NCBI RefSeq assembly: GCF_001194135.2
Contig: NC_068992.1
Location: forward strand, 13,037,466-13,100,384
Length of the DNA: 62,919 bases
Direction: 5' to 3'
Source of the DNA: Octopus bimaculoides
Taxonomy: Eukaryota
Positions 38,088 through 49,663 of the stretch are shown in pieces. Under the pieces are notes generated by a model, which was given only the letters and a program-made list of their open reading frames with translations, did no database searches and was not told the DNA's origin. Numbering within the stretch: the stretch's first letter is position 1; each line of letters begins with the position of its first letter. Position numbers and translations under genes: made by a program.

Positions 38088-39832
38088 CGTGTGTGTGCGT
38101 GTGCGTTTGTGTGTGTGTTAATTTATTTATATATATATATTTACATATATGTATTATATATATATATGCTCATATATATTTGTATATACATATATACAAA
38201 CATTTGGACACACACATGCATACACTCACACACATATGAATATATATACACATACATCCTGATAGTGGTAGTGATTGTTTAGTGGTTGGATTCTATCAAA
38301 TAAAAGCATTGGAAAAATGTACTATTTGTAAGGAACATTTCGTTATTACCTGGGGATTCTTCTCTTATAAACCTCTGTTCTTTCATTAGATGCAGGTGAC
38401 TTTTATCAATTACCTACTGTTCAAGGTCATCACTTACTTGCAATATAATTCGATTGTGTGGGTAAAAATTAGATGTTAAATTTCGAATTTATAGCATATA
38501 TCACGATCCCCTGTATTGCTTTTTGCTTTGTTTTTTCCATTTCTATTTTAGAGTGAGTTACATTTGGTAGAAGCGTGTAACATTGTTTTTCTTTTTTTCT
38601 GTGAGGAATCTGCACGTAATGGAAGTTTGTGAAATTATTTTACCCGGTGACTGATAAGTGATTATAGTTTAAGTTCGCCGGGAGCTCTGTATTTGTTGCT
38701 TAGACGCTAACCAATACCTTGTAGAAAATAAAAATCGATTACTTTTGACGAGACACAAGGCTTCGTATTTGTAGCGATGTAAAAGAAGACGAAATGGGAT
38801 GCTGTGACGTTCCCCAAGGGCAACAGCTGATAACAAAATTTAATGATCATTATCGACTTCAGTTAGATAACAAAAGAAAAAAAAATACGCGCATACACTG
38901 AAGAGTCCATCGCATCACATACACACATTCAACTATGCAGACACTCGTGCACACAAACGCTCATGTGAACACAAACGCACGCAGAGATACTAATCATTCA
39001 CTAGCTATATTTTAAGATGCGTTTTGGTCGATTTGTAAAGAAAATATCAAATGTGTGAACGATCTCAGCAGTGAAAATTGTTGTAAATTCTATATTGCTA
39101 ATGAATCAAATTCTTTAAAAGACTTGTCGATGACTGGTTGAATCATTCTTGCCATCATTGATCGCAGAAGCTAAAAGCCAATTCCTTTGAGGCTGACAGC
39201 TATTACAAGAGAAATATAATGCATTGCCATTTCCAATCTCTGTTTACTCTCAATATTCTTGACATCCATTCAGTTCATTTTTTCTTCCAATAAATTTTAT
39301 TCTATTTTATCTTCATATATTCTAATCGATTTTACAGCTGCCATTTAAAATAATAAAACGTTTTCCTGATTAGGTGAAAAAAGAAAAAAAATCACGATTA
39401 ATTAAAGAATTTCGCGAACGCAGCCTTAGAGTGGTAAACTTTTGGTCAACTCCGTCTGCGGCTCAAATTTCTATCTTGAATTGAACCAGCTTCCCATATA
39501 TTAATTACTTTCATAAGCCTTTTTTTTTTCTCTATTAAAAGGCAAAACGTGTAATTGAAGTCACGTACACAATTTGCGCTTTTCAATTTATGTAAAGAAT
39601 GTTTCAAACGCTATATCCTTCCAATATTCATTAAGTGGCTTCTTGAATTGGTTTGTTGTCTTTCATTCGACAAAGCACTTTTCCTAATCGATTCTTGATA
39701 TGCACTGCGCCTTCTTCACAAACGATTTGTTGCCTTCGAAACCTCGCTGTATTGCTTCTTAAATATTTTATATGAACGACCACTCGTTTCTTAGTGGATA
39801 CTGCAGATATTAACTTTCCGTATTCTTATCTT

Positions 39833-39950
39833 TTATTTTCCTTCCAGAAAGCTGTTATTAGAAGACTCAATCAAGAGCTTCAATGTTGATTTTGTAGCAG
39901 CAATCTCCGTGTTTCCAACAAATTGCTGACTTTCATGAAAACATTTTCCG
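39833..39950 (-). CDS. Candidate terminal exon (GKCFHESQQF..SFLEGK*), gene unknown
   Basis: Acceptor tatttctcttttag; phase 2, compatible with candidate exon 43026-43111. Confidence 0.2.
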
Positions 39951-40399
39951 CTAAAAGAGAAATATAGATGAGACATTTCAAACGTAGATCCTTATTGATG
40001 CAGTGCTTTATAAAGTTGAACATCTGACTATAGAATGCTGTGTTACTTAATGTAAAATAATAAGAACGTCAATTGCTTCATTCCGTTTCAACTGTTCATA
40101 TCCTATTCTTTGCTCTTTTTTTCTGTTTATTGGATTCATTAATGCAATTGCAGTTGTAGTGGCGACTGCTGTCATCCTTATATTTCTTCTTTGTGTAGTT
40201 GTTGTAATTTTTGCTGTGGTTATTTGTTACATTTGTTTCATTTATTTCATTTATGTTGCTTATTAAAGCTTCCTTATTTTTGTTGCGGTTGCTTGAGCTT
40301 AGATTAAACTTGAATTATCGGACTTGTAAAGCGAAATATATCGGTGACAAGACCGTCTGTTTTCGAACTGTGTATCATCTATATATTAAAATAATTGAG

Positions 40400-40635
40400 C
40401 GAGCAGCGCATGCCATCAAAGTGACCCTGTGGATACAAATGTACGAAGTCCAGTATACTACTCGTCTGATATGGGGACACTAGGCACATGCATCACAACC
40501 ATCTGTGCGCGACATAGTGATCTCGTATCAGGATAAACTGTGCATGACTTTGCAGGTGGAGCCCAGTTAGAATTTCTTTCAAATCTAGTTGCCCATCCTG
40601 TTAAAATGAGCCCTGAACAAAGGTTATTTAAGTAA
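40400..40635. mobile_element. Second copy of the repeat at 3130-3675
   Basis: Colinear similarity with about 3135-3375. Confidence 0.75.
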
Positions 40636-41554
40636 TCCCCTTGTTGTCCCCAGCCCTGCTGTGAATATATCTTATATATATATATATATTTTAATACACG
40701 TTATTGTCTTCAAAAAGGAAATAAATACAACACAATGCTATGTTCTATATCATTTGCAAAATATTAGACTGGTCACAGTCGGAACACTCGTAATTATAGC
40801 TCCACCTGATCTCAGATGGCTTGCCGCTAGACAACAATAAAACAAAATCCTATAAGAACGATTACTGCAGACGTAGTAGTGATAGTAGTTGTTGATTAAG
40901 CTGGTTTTATCAATATAATTAAAACTATTGCATCCTAATTTTGTTTGTGGAGACTTTTTGGCGTGCTTTTGTGGCAACAATTCTCCACAATTCTTAAGTA
41001 TCTAGCATAGAATGTTTCAACGTACAGAATGCCACAAATCAAGATGCAATTCATGTTCCAATAAAGGTCACTATTTTGACGGCATTTGGTCACCTTGTTC
41101 AGAGATTGAACGGTGTTCCGTTTGCACCAAATTCCACAAAGGTAATTATCACCTTTGTTCCCACAATCTCGACCCCTCACTTCAGAAATCTTGACATTTC
41201 CCAATTATCTCTGCTTACAAGATTTTAACGTAAATATTTCCTTCTTGTTTCTTCTACTTGTCTACCAAAATCATGCCTTGTATCTTTGCTTCAGTACTAC
41301 AGTCAGTCTCTTTGGAGAAATATCATAATAATAATGAAATTATAATTCATAAATATAGTGTCTCGCCATTGGTCATATCAAATTTCCATCTCTTCAAATC
41401 CTTCCATTTCTGTGACATGCATTCTCTATTATTGTTATTATTGTTGTTGTTAAGGCAGTGAGCCAGCAGAATAGTTTGCTGTGGTAGTGTCAGTGTTTTC
41501 TACTTATTTGACCCGAGAAGCAAAAGAATGTAACATAATGAAAATGAGTTATAG

Positions 41555-41624
41555 TTCGTAAATGAATGCAAAAAATCAATCACTAGATATTCGTAAATGA
41601 ATGCAAAAAATTAATCACTAGATA
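41555..41624. repeat. 35-bp tandem duplication
   Basis: ttcgtaaatgaatgcaaaaaat(c/t)aatcactagata twice, one mismatch. Confidence 0.95.
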
Positions 41625-42861
41625 TTTAACCTGAGGAGTGAACGTTACAGTATTTCGAATGGCTAATTCTCTTCTGAGAGAAAAAATTTAAAAGTCAATA
41701 AGGACGAATTTAAAGATAACACACCAAATGTAAACAAGTGATATCAGCAGAAGATAAACAGGTACCGTTATATCCTGAAAATATGACTTCGTTTAAAACA
41801 TTAATAGCAAAAACATAATGGCAGTATCATAATTGTTACTGTGTAGCCATGCTGACCGAATATTTTCGTTCTAATTTAAACTTAAATAATTGCAGTCCTG
41901 CGGTTCCTGTTGTTGGTAGTGTTTGGCCGATGGAGAGTCACCTGTTTCATCAAATATTATAAAAGTAACGGATTCACTCGTTTATACTATCCCCGACGTT
42001 TTACGCAGATTTAGAGATAGATTCTTCAGTGACATTGTTTGCAACCTTTTACACATTAATCAACTATTATATAGAAGCTTTATCTCATTAACCGAGGTTA
42101 ACCCTAGTTTTGAATAACGTATACATGGTATTGAACGTGATATGGTTACTGAATTAAGAGAAATGAGCAAATAAATTGAAACGTTTTCGCATTATTGGTT
42201 CGTGTGGGTTCTCTGTTGCAAACGATAGATAATTTGTTTTGCCTGGTGCAGCTGATACATTAAGCAGGTTGAATGACCACATTGAAATTCCCTTGTTACT
42301 CTAGCGGTTGATAGGTTGATAGGTTGAATAATGAAAGTCATTGGCTAATGCAGAAATGTCACTGAAATAGATAAATAAGATTTCAATATGGTGGCCATGA
42401 ATTATTTCTTGCGAGATTTGATGGAATATTTTACTAACGTTAGAGCGAAATCCAACAGATTTATGAGTTCTATCGATAAGTTCACACTACAAGTATTCCA
42501 AGAAGGATGAATCCTATGGACATCTAGTTACACGTTTCAGCAATATCTGTTTCGTGTGAGGCCTGTCTGAATTGTCCAAACCCAAGCGAATGTATGGTTT
42601 TATACGTAGTCTTTTCGATTGACAAACTAGAACTAGCAATTAAAATCTCTCTCACAACAAAGACATTGTATAAGAATTAAGAACGCACTGACGATATTAG
42701 TCATATGTACACGTATATTCATACATACTTACACAAGCTCACAATCATTTCTAAAGTTATATCTGTGTATGTGTATATACATACACATACATACACATAT
42801 TTATGTGTGTGTATGTGTGTGCCTGCGTGTCTGTTTCTATGTGTATATATATACACACACA

Positions 42862-42892
<31 letters not shown>

Positions 42893-43025
42893 GCGCATAT
42901 GTAGAAAGAGGGAGTGAGCAAATGAGAGGCAGGGTATGAGAGGAAAGAGAAAAAAGACAGAGGGAAAGAAAATATGTCTGCGAGTTGAATCTCTTTCATC
43001 GTGTGTCCTCTTAATCATGGCTTAC

Positions 43026-43111
43026 CACAGAATATGAGACAGCACAAACTCCAAGCATTTTACCCCACATTTTACTCTTTCTGACACTTTCTTCAGTCGA
43101 CAGGACCTTCC
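43026..43111 (-). CDS. Candidate exon (GRSCRLKKVSERVKCGVKCLEFVLSHIL), gene unknown
   Basis: Acceptor ttcatggtttag and donor TG|GTAAGC; open; a 138-nt intron separates it from the upstream candidate. Confidence 0.27.
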
Positions 43112-43249
43112 CTAAACCATGAAATCGATCATATATCCTTCTAGCTGAAAGCACTTTTCATGCCACCAAATATAGTATCCTCCCTTAAGGAAACGTACTT
43201 CGCTTCTAATCATTCAGAAGAATTAATTCAATGACAGCGAATGACTGAC

Positions 43250-43393
43250 CCGGATTATCTCCCTACACAGAACTGGGTGTTCATAAGTGAAAACCACCAT
43301 GAGTGCATTATGGGATCCACTTTTGTGGATTTCCCTCAAGAACACTTGAAGGATGATGCCTGCTACAAAATGGGAATTGTTTTTCTCGAATGT
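43250..43393 (-). CDS. Candidate exon (TFEKNNSHFVAGIILQVFLREIHKSGSHNALMVVFTYEHPVLCREIIR), gene unknown
   Basis: Polypyrimidine tract attcccctttactattttgtagacttag and donor CGG|GTCAGT. The plus strand is also open here (43271-43421), so the strand is uncertain. Confidence 0.3.
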
Positions 43394-44009
43394 CTAAGTC
43401 TACAAAATAGTAAAGGGGAATGTAAGCGATGTCATCGTGATTCGTTAGGTCGGAAAGCGCCTTTACATCTCAAATTATTTAATAAAAATGTCTCCGACAA
43501 TATTATAGGATTGCTTTAAGCAATTTCATTTATTTCATTTTTCGTAGGATTCTTTCTGACACAGCCACCATTTTATCCTACCTCTTTTTCATAGAAGCCA
43601 CGCATACACTACGTACAAATAATTATAGAAAAGTGTTACAGGTTCTGAAAGACCATCAAATTCATAGACAAAGATTCGTCTCTCAATTGAATTATCTCTG
43701 TTATGTTTAAAATAAATTTTCTCTCGCCAAAAAGAAAGAAAACATATAATCTTTGTGAACAGATTTGCCTCCCCTAGATCGCATAATTCACACATAAGAT
43801 TATTTCGGTGAAATTACTACCTGGTTGTCCGATGATGGAGAGATTATTATAAACTATCAATAATACTAATGAACGGACGTGCTTCTAATCTCCAGCTACA
43901 GATTATTCCCGTTGTAGACCATCTCTAATCTTCTTGAAAAATTCATAAATAATATATTAACATAGCTCAACTCTTCGGTGTTGTAGGACACTAACCTGAA
44001 GGGGTTTAG

Positions 44010-44270
44010 TCGAACACTACGACCTCAATACTAATGTGTAACTGTAATTGTTCAACGTTGTCTTTGCTGAAATCTAACTTATAGGGAAGTAAAAAAATCC
44101 TACATCAGTTGTCAGGCTATGGTGAGATATATATTCACACACAGACACTCTCGCACATATGACGGGCTTTCAGTCACAAGTGATTGATCGACTAGGGGTC
44201 ACAGGAGAAACGATTTGCCAATGTGTTGCATAATGGGATTAAACCTGAACACATAGCCATCCTAGCACCA
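44010..44270 (-). mobile_element. SINE family B, degraded
   Basis: ggggtttagtcgaacactacgacctcaatact..gacgggctttcagtcacaag..tttgccaatgtgttgcataatgggattaaacc. Confidence 0.65.
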
Positions 44271-44334
44271 GAAAAGAATGAATAGTTTTGTCTTTTAATT
44301 TCTCATCTCTTCAGTTTATCCAAACATTCACCCA

Positions 44335-44500
44335 ACTAGGAACAAATGGGAAATTAGTATGATATTCGGGTACGAGTTCAAATCTGACCGGGATGAACGT
44401 TGCCTTTCATACCATCCTAGGTCCATAAAGAAAGTACTAATCACGTACGGGGCTCGATGGTTCAGACTATTCCCTCCCCTCAAAAATACTGGCTTTCTGC
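44335..44500 (-). mobile_element. SINE family A-related, degraded
   Basis: gagttcaaatctgaccgggatgaacgttgcctttcataccat..aaagtactaatcacgtacggggctcgat. Orientation is uncertain; these motifs read in the plus sense. Confidence 0.45.
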
Positions 44501-44924
44501 CTAAATTAGCAATATTTACTTCAAAAAAGTTCGAGTAATACATGGAGTAAGTACTTATAAATTCAACAATAACTCTTCCACATCCTATTCCATTCTGGAA
44601 AATTGATGAACATTTCACTCTTAGCATATATATTATAGATCAAGTGCCTANNNNNNNNNNCACTCTTAGCATATATATTATAGATCAAGTGCCTATTAGT
44701 AAACCAAATCAGCAATGTAAACTAATAAAACAGTCGCATTATCATAGTGTTTGTTGCATATATAGCAGCTATTCTAGCACAACCATGGTTTACAAATTGA
44801 AAAGAACTGAGTGATTGCGAATTACAGATGTTTGGACATAAACAAAAAGCATTTTGTTGCACCATAGTACGAAAATCACCAACCGATAAATAGATTGTTG
44901 TACTACACATTTGAACATTGCAGA

Positions 44925-45165
44925 CTATCTTATTTCTTTACTGCCCACAAGGGGCTACACAGAGGGGACAAACAAGGACAGACAAACGAATTAAGTCGAT
45001 TATATCGACCCCAGTGCGTAACAGGTACTTATTTAATTGACCTCGAAAGGATGAAAGGCAAAGTCGACTTCGAGGGAATTTTAACTCAGAACGTAATGGC
45101 AGCCAAAATACTGCTAAGCATTTCGCCCGGCGTGCTAACGTTTCTGCCAGCTCGCCGCCTTGAAA
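44925..45165 (-). mobile_element. Near-full-length SINE family A copy
   Basis: Runs from the tail ttatttctttactgcccacaagggg through the core to the head catttcgcccggcgtgctaacgtttctgccagctcgccgcctt. Confidence 0.92.
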
Positions 45166-45330
45166 TCTGTACATGATGAACAATCATGCGAAGACTCTAG
45201 ATGGTCGTTTAGTTTGCTTGAAATAAAGACCAATTCCCAGTTGATCATAGTGTACTAGGTTACATAATGTAATATAGATGATGATACATGTAATCTTCGG
45301 AATGCAATACATGTCTGGAACGACTATGAC

Positions 45331-45377
45331 CTTAGCTGTTTCGTCAAAGATGATATGATTGTGAGCAACAGCATCAA
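45331..45377 (-). CDS. Candidate small exon (DAVAHNHIIFDETAK), gene unknown
   Basis: Acceptor tctcacttaactgcag and donor AAG|GTCATA; lies inside an 87-aa ORF; phases fit both neighbours. Confidence 0.25.
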
Positions 45378-46394
45378 CTGCAGTTAAGTGAGACATATTC
45401 AGTATTATAGTCTTAGGTGAAGGAATGGATTTCTGTCGGCCATTCAATGATTTGTATAAATATTAAAATCTACCAACCGATTCATACATTAAACGGCTGA
45501 GTATTCTAGAGTTATGTAAATTTCACGCAATCATTAGGCAGAATATATATAATAGAGTAATTGACAAGTAAGATCTAGACTACGGAGTACAAGAGACTCG
45601 ACCAATATACCAGAAAGTAGGATCGAACCTAGAACCATATAATATTAAAGCTAACTTCTAAACTACATGTTTATGGTCGGATTTACTTGTTTTGGTTATA
45701 CAGGGAGTGCAAAAGTAAGAATATAGTTATGAACAAAAACAAATAGTACAATATTTATTCATTTTTATCAAAAAAAATTAAACCTTACGATAAAAGTATT
45801 ATTGTAGTTATAATAAATGTATTATTATAATTAATGATATCAAAAATGAAGCTAATTTTTAATTTAATTTTTTTTTTATAAAAATAAATTTGTATTGTAC
45901 GTGTTTTCTTTTTTTTTTCATAACTGTATACCTACATTTGCACCCGACTGTGTATTATACCAGGATAAAAGAAGGATAGTCATGATTTGGAATTCTTTGA
46001 TCATAGCTCTGTTTAATTAGCATAGAAGTGTGCAAAACAAAAATGGTGACGGATGATACGAACTTCCATGCCCTCCGGTCGGTGCATTTTTAAAACACAG
46101 CATCCGGTATTTCTCATACTTATTAATCTGTTTCTGAAAGATATTTCGAAGAGTTTCTCCACAACATCTACCACCCACTTTCCGAATCCTTCACGAGCGA
46201 TTCATGTTCCGACTTCATATCGATGCACTAAATCAGGATTATCTCCATCAATTTTATGGCATTCGTGATCAGAATCCAAACCTAGAATGAAAGAGGAAGT
46301 AAATAATAAAAATAAATGTTTTTATTTGTTTCATTTTTCAAGTATACTTTATATCACATTACCATAAAAACGTACATTTTTCACACACACACAT

Positions 46395-46447
<53 letters not shown>

Positions 46448-46894
46448 NNNNNNNNNNNNNNNNNNNNNNNNNNNNNNNNNNNNNNNNNNNNNNNNNNNNN
46501 NNNNNNNNNNNNNNNNNNNNNNNNNNNNNNNNNNNNNNNNNNNNNNNNNNNNNNNNNNNNNNNNNNNNNNNNNNNNNNNNNNNNNNNNNNNNNNNNNNNN
46601 NNNNNNNNNNNNNNNNNNNNNNNNNNNNNNNNNNNNNNNNNNNNNNNNNNNNNNNNNNNNNNNNNNNNNNNNNNNNNNNNNNNNNNNNNNNNNNNNNNNN
46701 NNNNNNNNNNNNNNNNNNNNNNNNNNNNNNNNNNNNNNNNNNNNNNNNNNNNNNNNNNNNNNNNNNNNNNNNNNNNNNNNNNNNNNNNNNNNNNNNNNNN
46801 NNNNNNNNNNNNNNNNNNNNNNNNNNNNNNNNNNNNNNNNNNNNNNNNNNNNNNNNNNNNNNNNNNNNNNNNNNNNNNNNNNNNNNNNNNNNNN

Positions 46895-46926
<32 letters not shown>

Positions 46927-49174
46927 TATATATGTATATATACATATATAATATATATATATATGTTATTTACTATATATATATCCATTCATATGTATAT
47001 TACATATATGTTGAGAGAGAGAGAGAGAGAGAGAGGGGGGAATGATAGATGAGGAAGAGAGGGTGGCAGAATGGAAGGAGGGAATGAGAGGAGAGAGAGG
47101 GTTTTGCAAATTCAATCAAAACGAACTACAATCCGAGCAAACAGTTAAATGGTTTTTCTTCACATTTTCCACAGATCGATAAATCAATTTAGCTGTGACA
47201 AGCTAAATCGCTCAGGATAAAAATGTAAATATGATATGAGGCTACATTTTAGACGTCCGAGATATATAAATACACAAAAGATAAATAAATGTTGGAGATA
47301 TACTAGGAACAAGTGAATATTATAAATAGAGATTCACACAGAGTTTTGCATAAGTTCTTTTCGTGATATATCTATGCTTGTGTTTCTACATACACACACA
47401 GACACACACAGACACACACACGTCCACACACGCACACACTCATATACACACACATAAATGAGAGAGAAGGGGATGACAAAACAGTAAATAATTATCTTAT
47501 GAACGGCATTAATTTACAGCTGCTTCCACTAAAAAATGCAGTGGATACATAATTGAGTGCCTTAATAAAACGTTATGCCTTCATCGGAGGCTGAAGTGTG
47601 GAGTGTGATCTAACTTGGAAAAAACATTTGCATTTATGCATATACATAGAAAAGCATTACCGATGCGAATAAAAAAGGTATATGAAAGGAATGAAATGTA
47701 CATACATACATACATGCATACATACATTCACACATGCATACATACATACATACATATACACACATATATATACACATATCTATATATACATATATATATA
47801 TATACACACACAAACACACACTTTTTTATGCACTCATCCATATATGCATAATTGCACATACATAAACATACATGAGACATCATGCTGTACTTCATCACAT
47901 CTTGGGATCATTTATACCAACGAAATGTACCTCTTATGATATGCATACATTTCAGAGCATTATTCTTTACTTNNNNNNNNNNNNNNNNNNNCACACACAC
48001 ATACATATACACACATATATATACACATATCTATATATACATATATATATATATACAGAGAAAGAGAGAGAGAAAGGGAGAGAGAGTGAGAGAGGGAGAT
48101 ATTTTCAACCAACATTTTGTGAGTAATCAGAAGTAAACAGCTTGTCTTTTATACAACTTCGAGGAATAACTGAAACCCGTCTGCAAAAAGCTGGTTGGGA
48201 GATGGTAAGAAACACTGTAGTATTAACATTTCATAGGAGTACTTCAGGTATGTTTCCTTTAAGACGATCGCTAAGACAACCGCAACATGTTGAAGGACCC
48301 TGCTACTGTAGACTAACACGGCAGATGATACTACAGCGCAGATATATCGGCATGCAGGAAAACAGGTGTTACGAGTGGCAGTAAGATTTCCTTTGCCACT
48401 GAAAACAAGCACATACCTTTATATAATAAATGTTCTAATTCGTCGAATGGTCAGATGATTTCATGATTCATATATTTCGACGCTAGTGTGAAAAGGTAAA
48501 TCAAATACCGCACTGGGTAATTGGTGTAGCATATCGACCAGTAAGAGATCACGCCCTGTGGGCAGACCTTGCTGATATGAGATATGATAACACAGCGTTC
48601 AGCCGCTTAGTGTGCCGGAAAAAAAGATGTGACAAAGCGAGTAATAATTTTTTGTCACCGACGGCAGACATACTGTAATATAACTTCCGGTCTCAATGTT
48701 GTTGAATGTTTAAAAATGTTTATAGTTGGCACATTTTAATGCTAGATTATTACAAATATTGCACAGGTTGAGTGATAAAAAAAAACTGATAGATTAATTT
48801 TGTGTTTGGAGAAATAAAACTAAGTCTGTCAATTTACATTCGTGTCTCAAACACAACGCTGATCATCTTTTGTAATCGCTACATTAATCCTCAGCCACAT
48901 TGTTGTACATGGAAAGAATATCAATCTGTATTTGTTTACGGTACTGTGAATAGTGAATGCAGGTGTAGCAGTATAAAAAAGATTCATGAAATATTCTGGT
49001 TGTTGAAGAAGACTTGAAAAATTGAAAGTATTGCTTGATACATTCATATCAGTAGATTCCGTGTTGGGATTGCATTAGGGCTTTCAATGCATACGATTAT
49101 TGATTCTATCAAACGAAGCAAAAAAAGAAGAAAAAAAAATGTGATAACAGATAAATGGTTCCATTCACATTCAC

Positions 49175-49370
49175 CAAAGGTAGATAAATTAGTTGAGGTG
49201 CGATAAACTATATCGAGCATGAGAAAATATAAATCGGATACGAGTCCTCGTTTTCGACGTTCTTCATATAAAGAAAGGGCACACGTAAATATTCTCGCCA
49301 GACAAAGGAGCTCCGATAAAAATGCGTATGACAAAGAGCGCCCATACGAAAGTACTTCCATAGCAAAAAG
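49175..49370 (-). CDS. Candidate internal exon (LFAMEVLSYGRSLSYAFLSELLCLARIFTCALSLYEERRKRGLVSDLYFLMLDIVYRTSTNLSTF), gene unknown
   Basis: Acceptor aataatctctattttatcag and donor G|GTGAAT; 65 open codons; the sequence turns poly-T and intron-like after the donor. Confidence 0.42.
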
Positions 49371-49619
49371 CTGATAAAATAGAGATTATTAAAATGAATT
49401 TCAAAATAAACATACGATTAATGACTTTTTGTTTTATTCAATTTAAAGAACCAAGAGACTTTTTCATGAAACATTGTTCCGAAAGCGATAACTTTAAAAC
49501 TTTTGATACCATGGGTATTTAGGAGTTCACATCAATCTCTTGACGTCTCAGCTATATAAAGAGAGATAAATAAATATATAACTGAGCGTGATAAATGAAT
49601 AATATGAAATGAAAGAATA

Positions 49620-49663
<44 letters not shown>

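Noticed and set aside
44616-44695. 35-bp direct repeat around a 10-N gap
   Set aside because: Same assembly-overlap signature.
47745-48056. Repeated microsatellite-like block on both sides of the 47973 gap
   Set aside because: Low complexity and next to a gap; likely artefact or haplotype duplication.
48142-48412. Overlapping 80-87 aa ORFs on both strands
   Set aside because: No consistent splice model and no recognisable motif.
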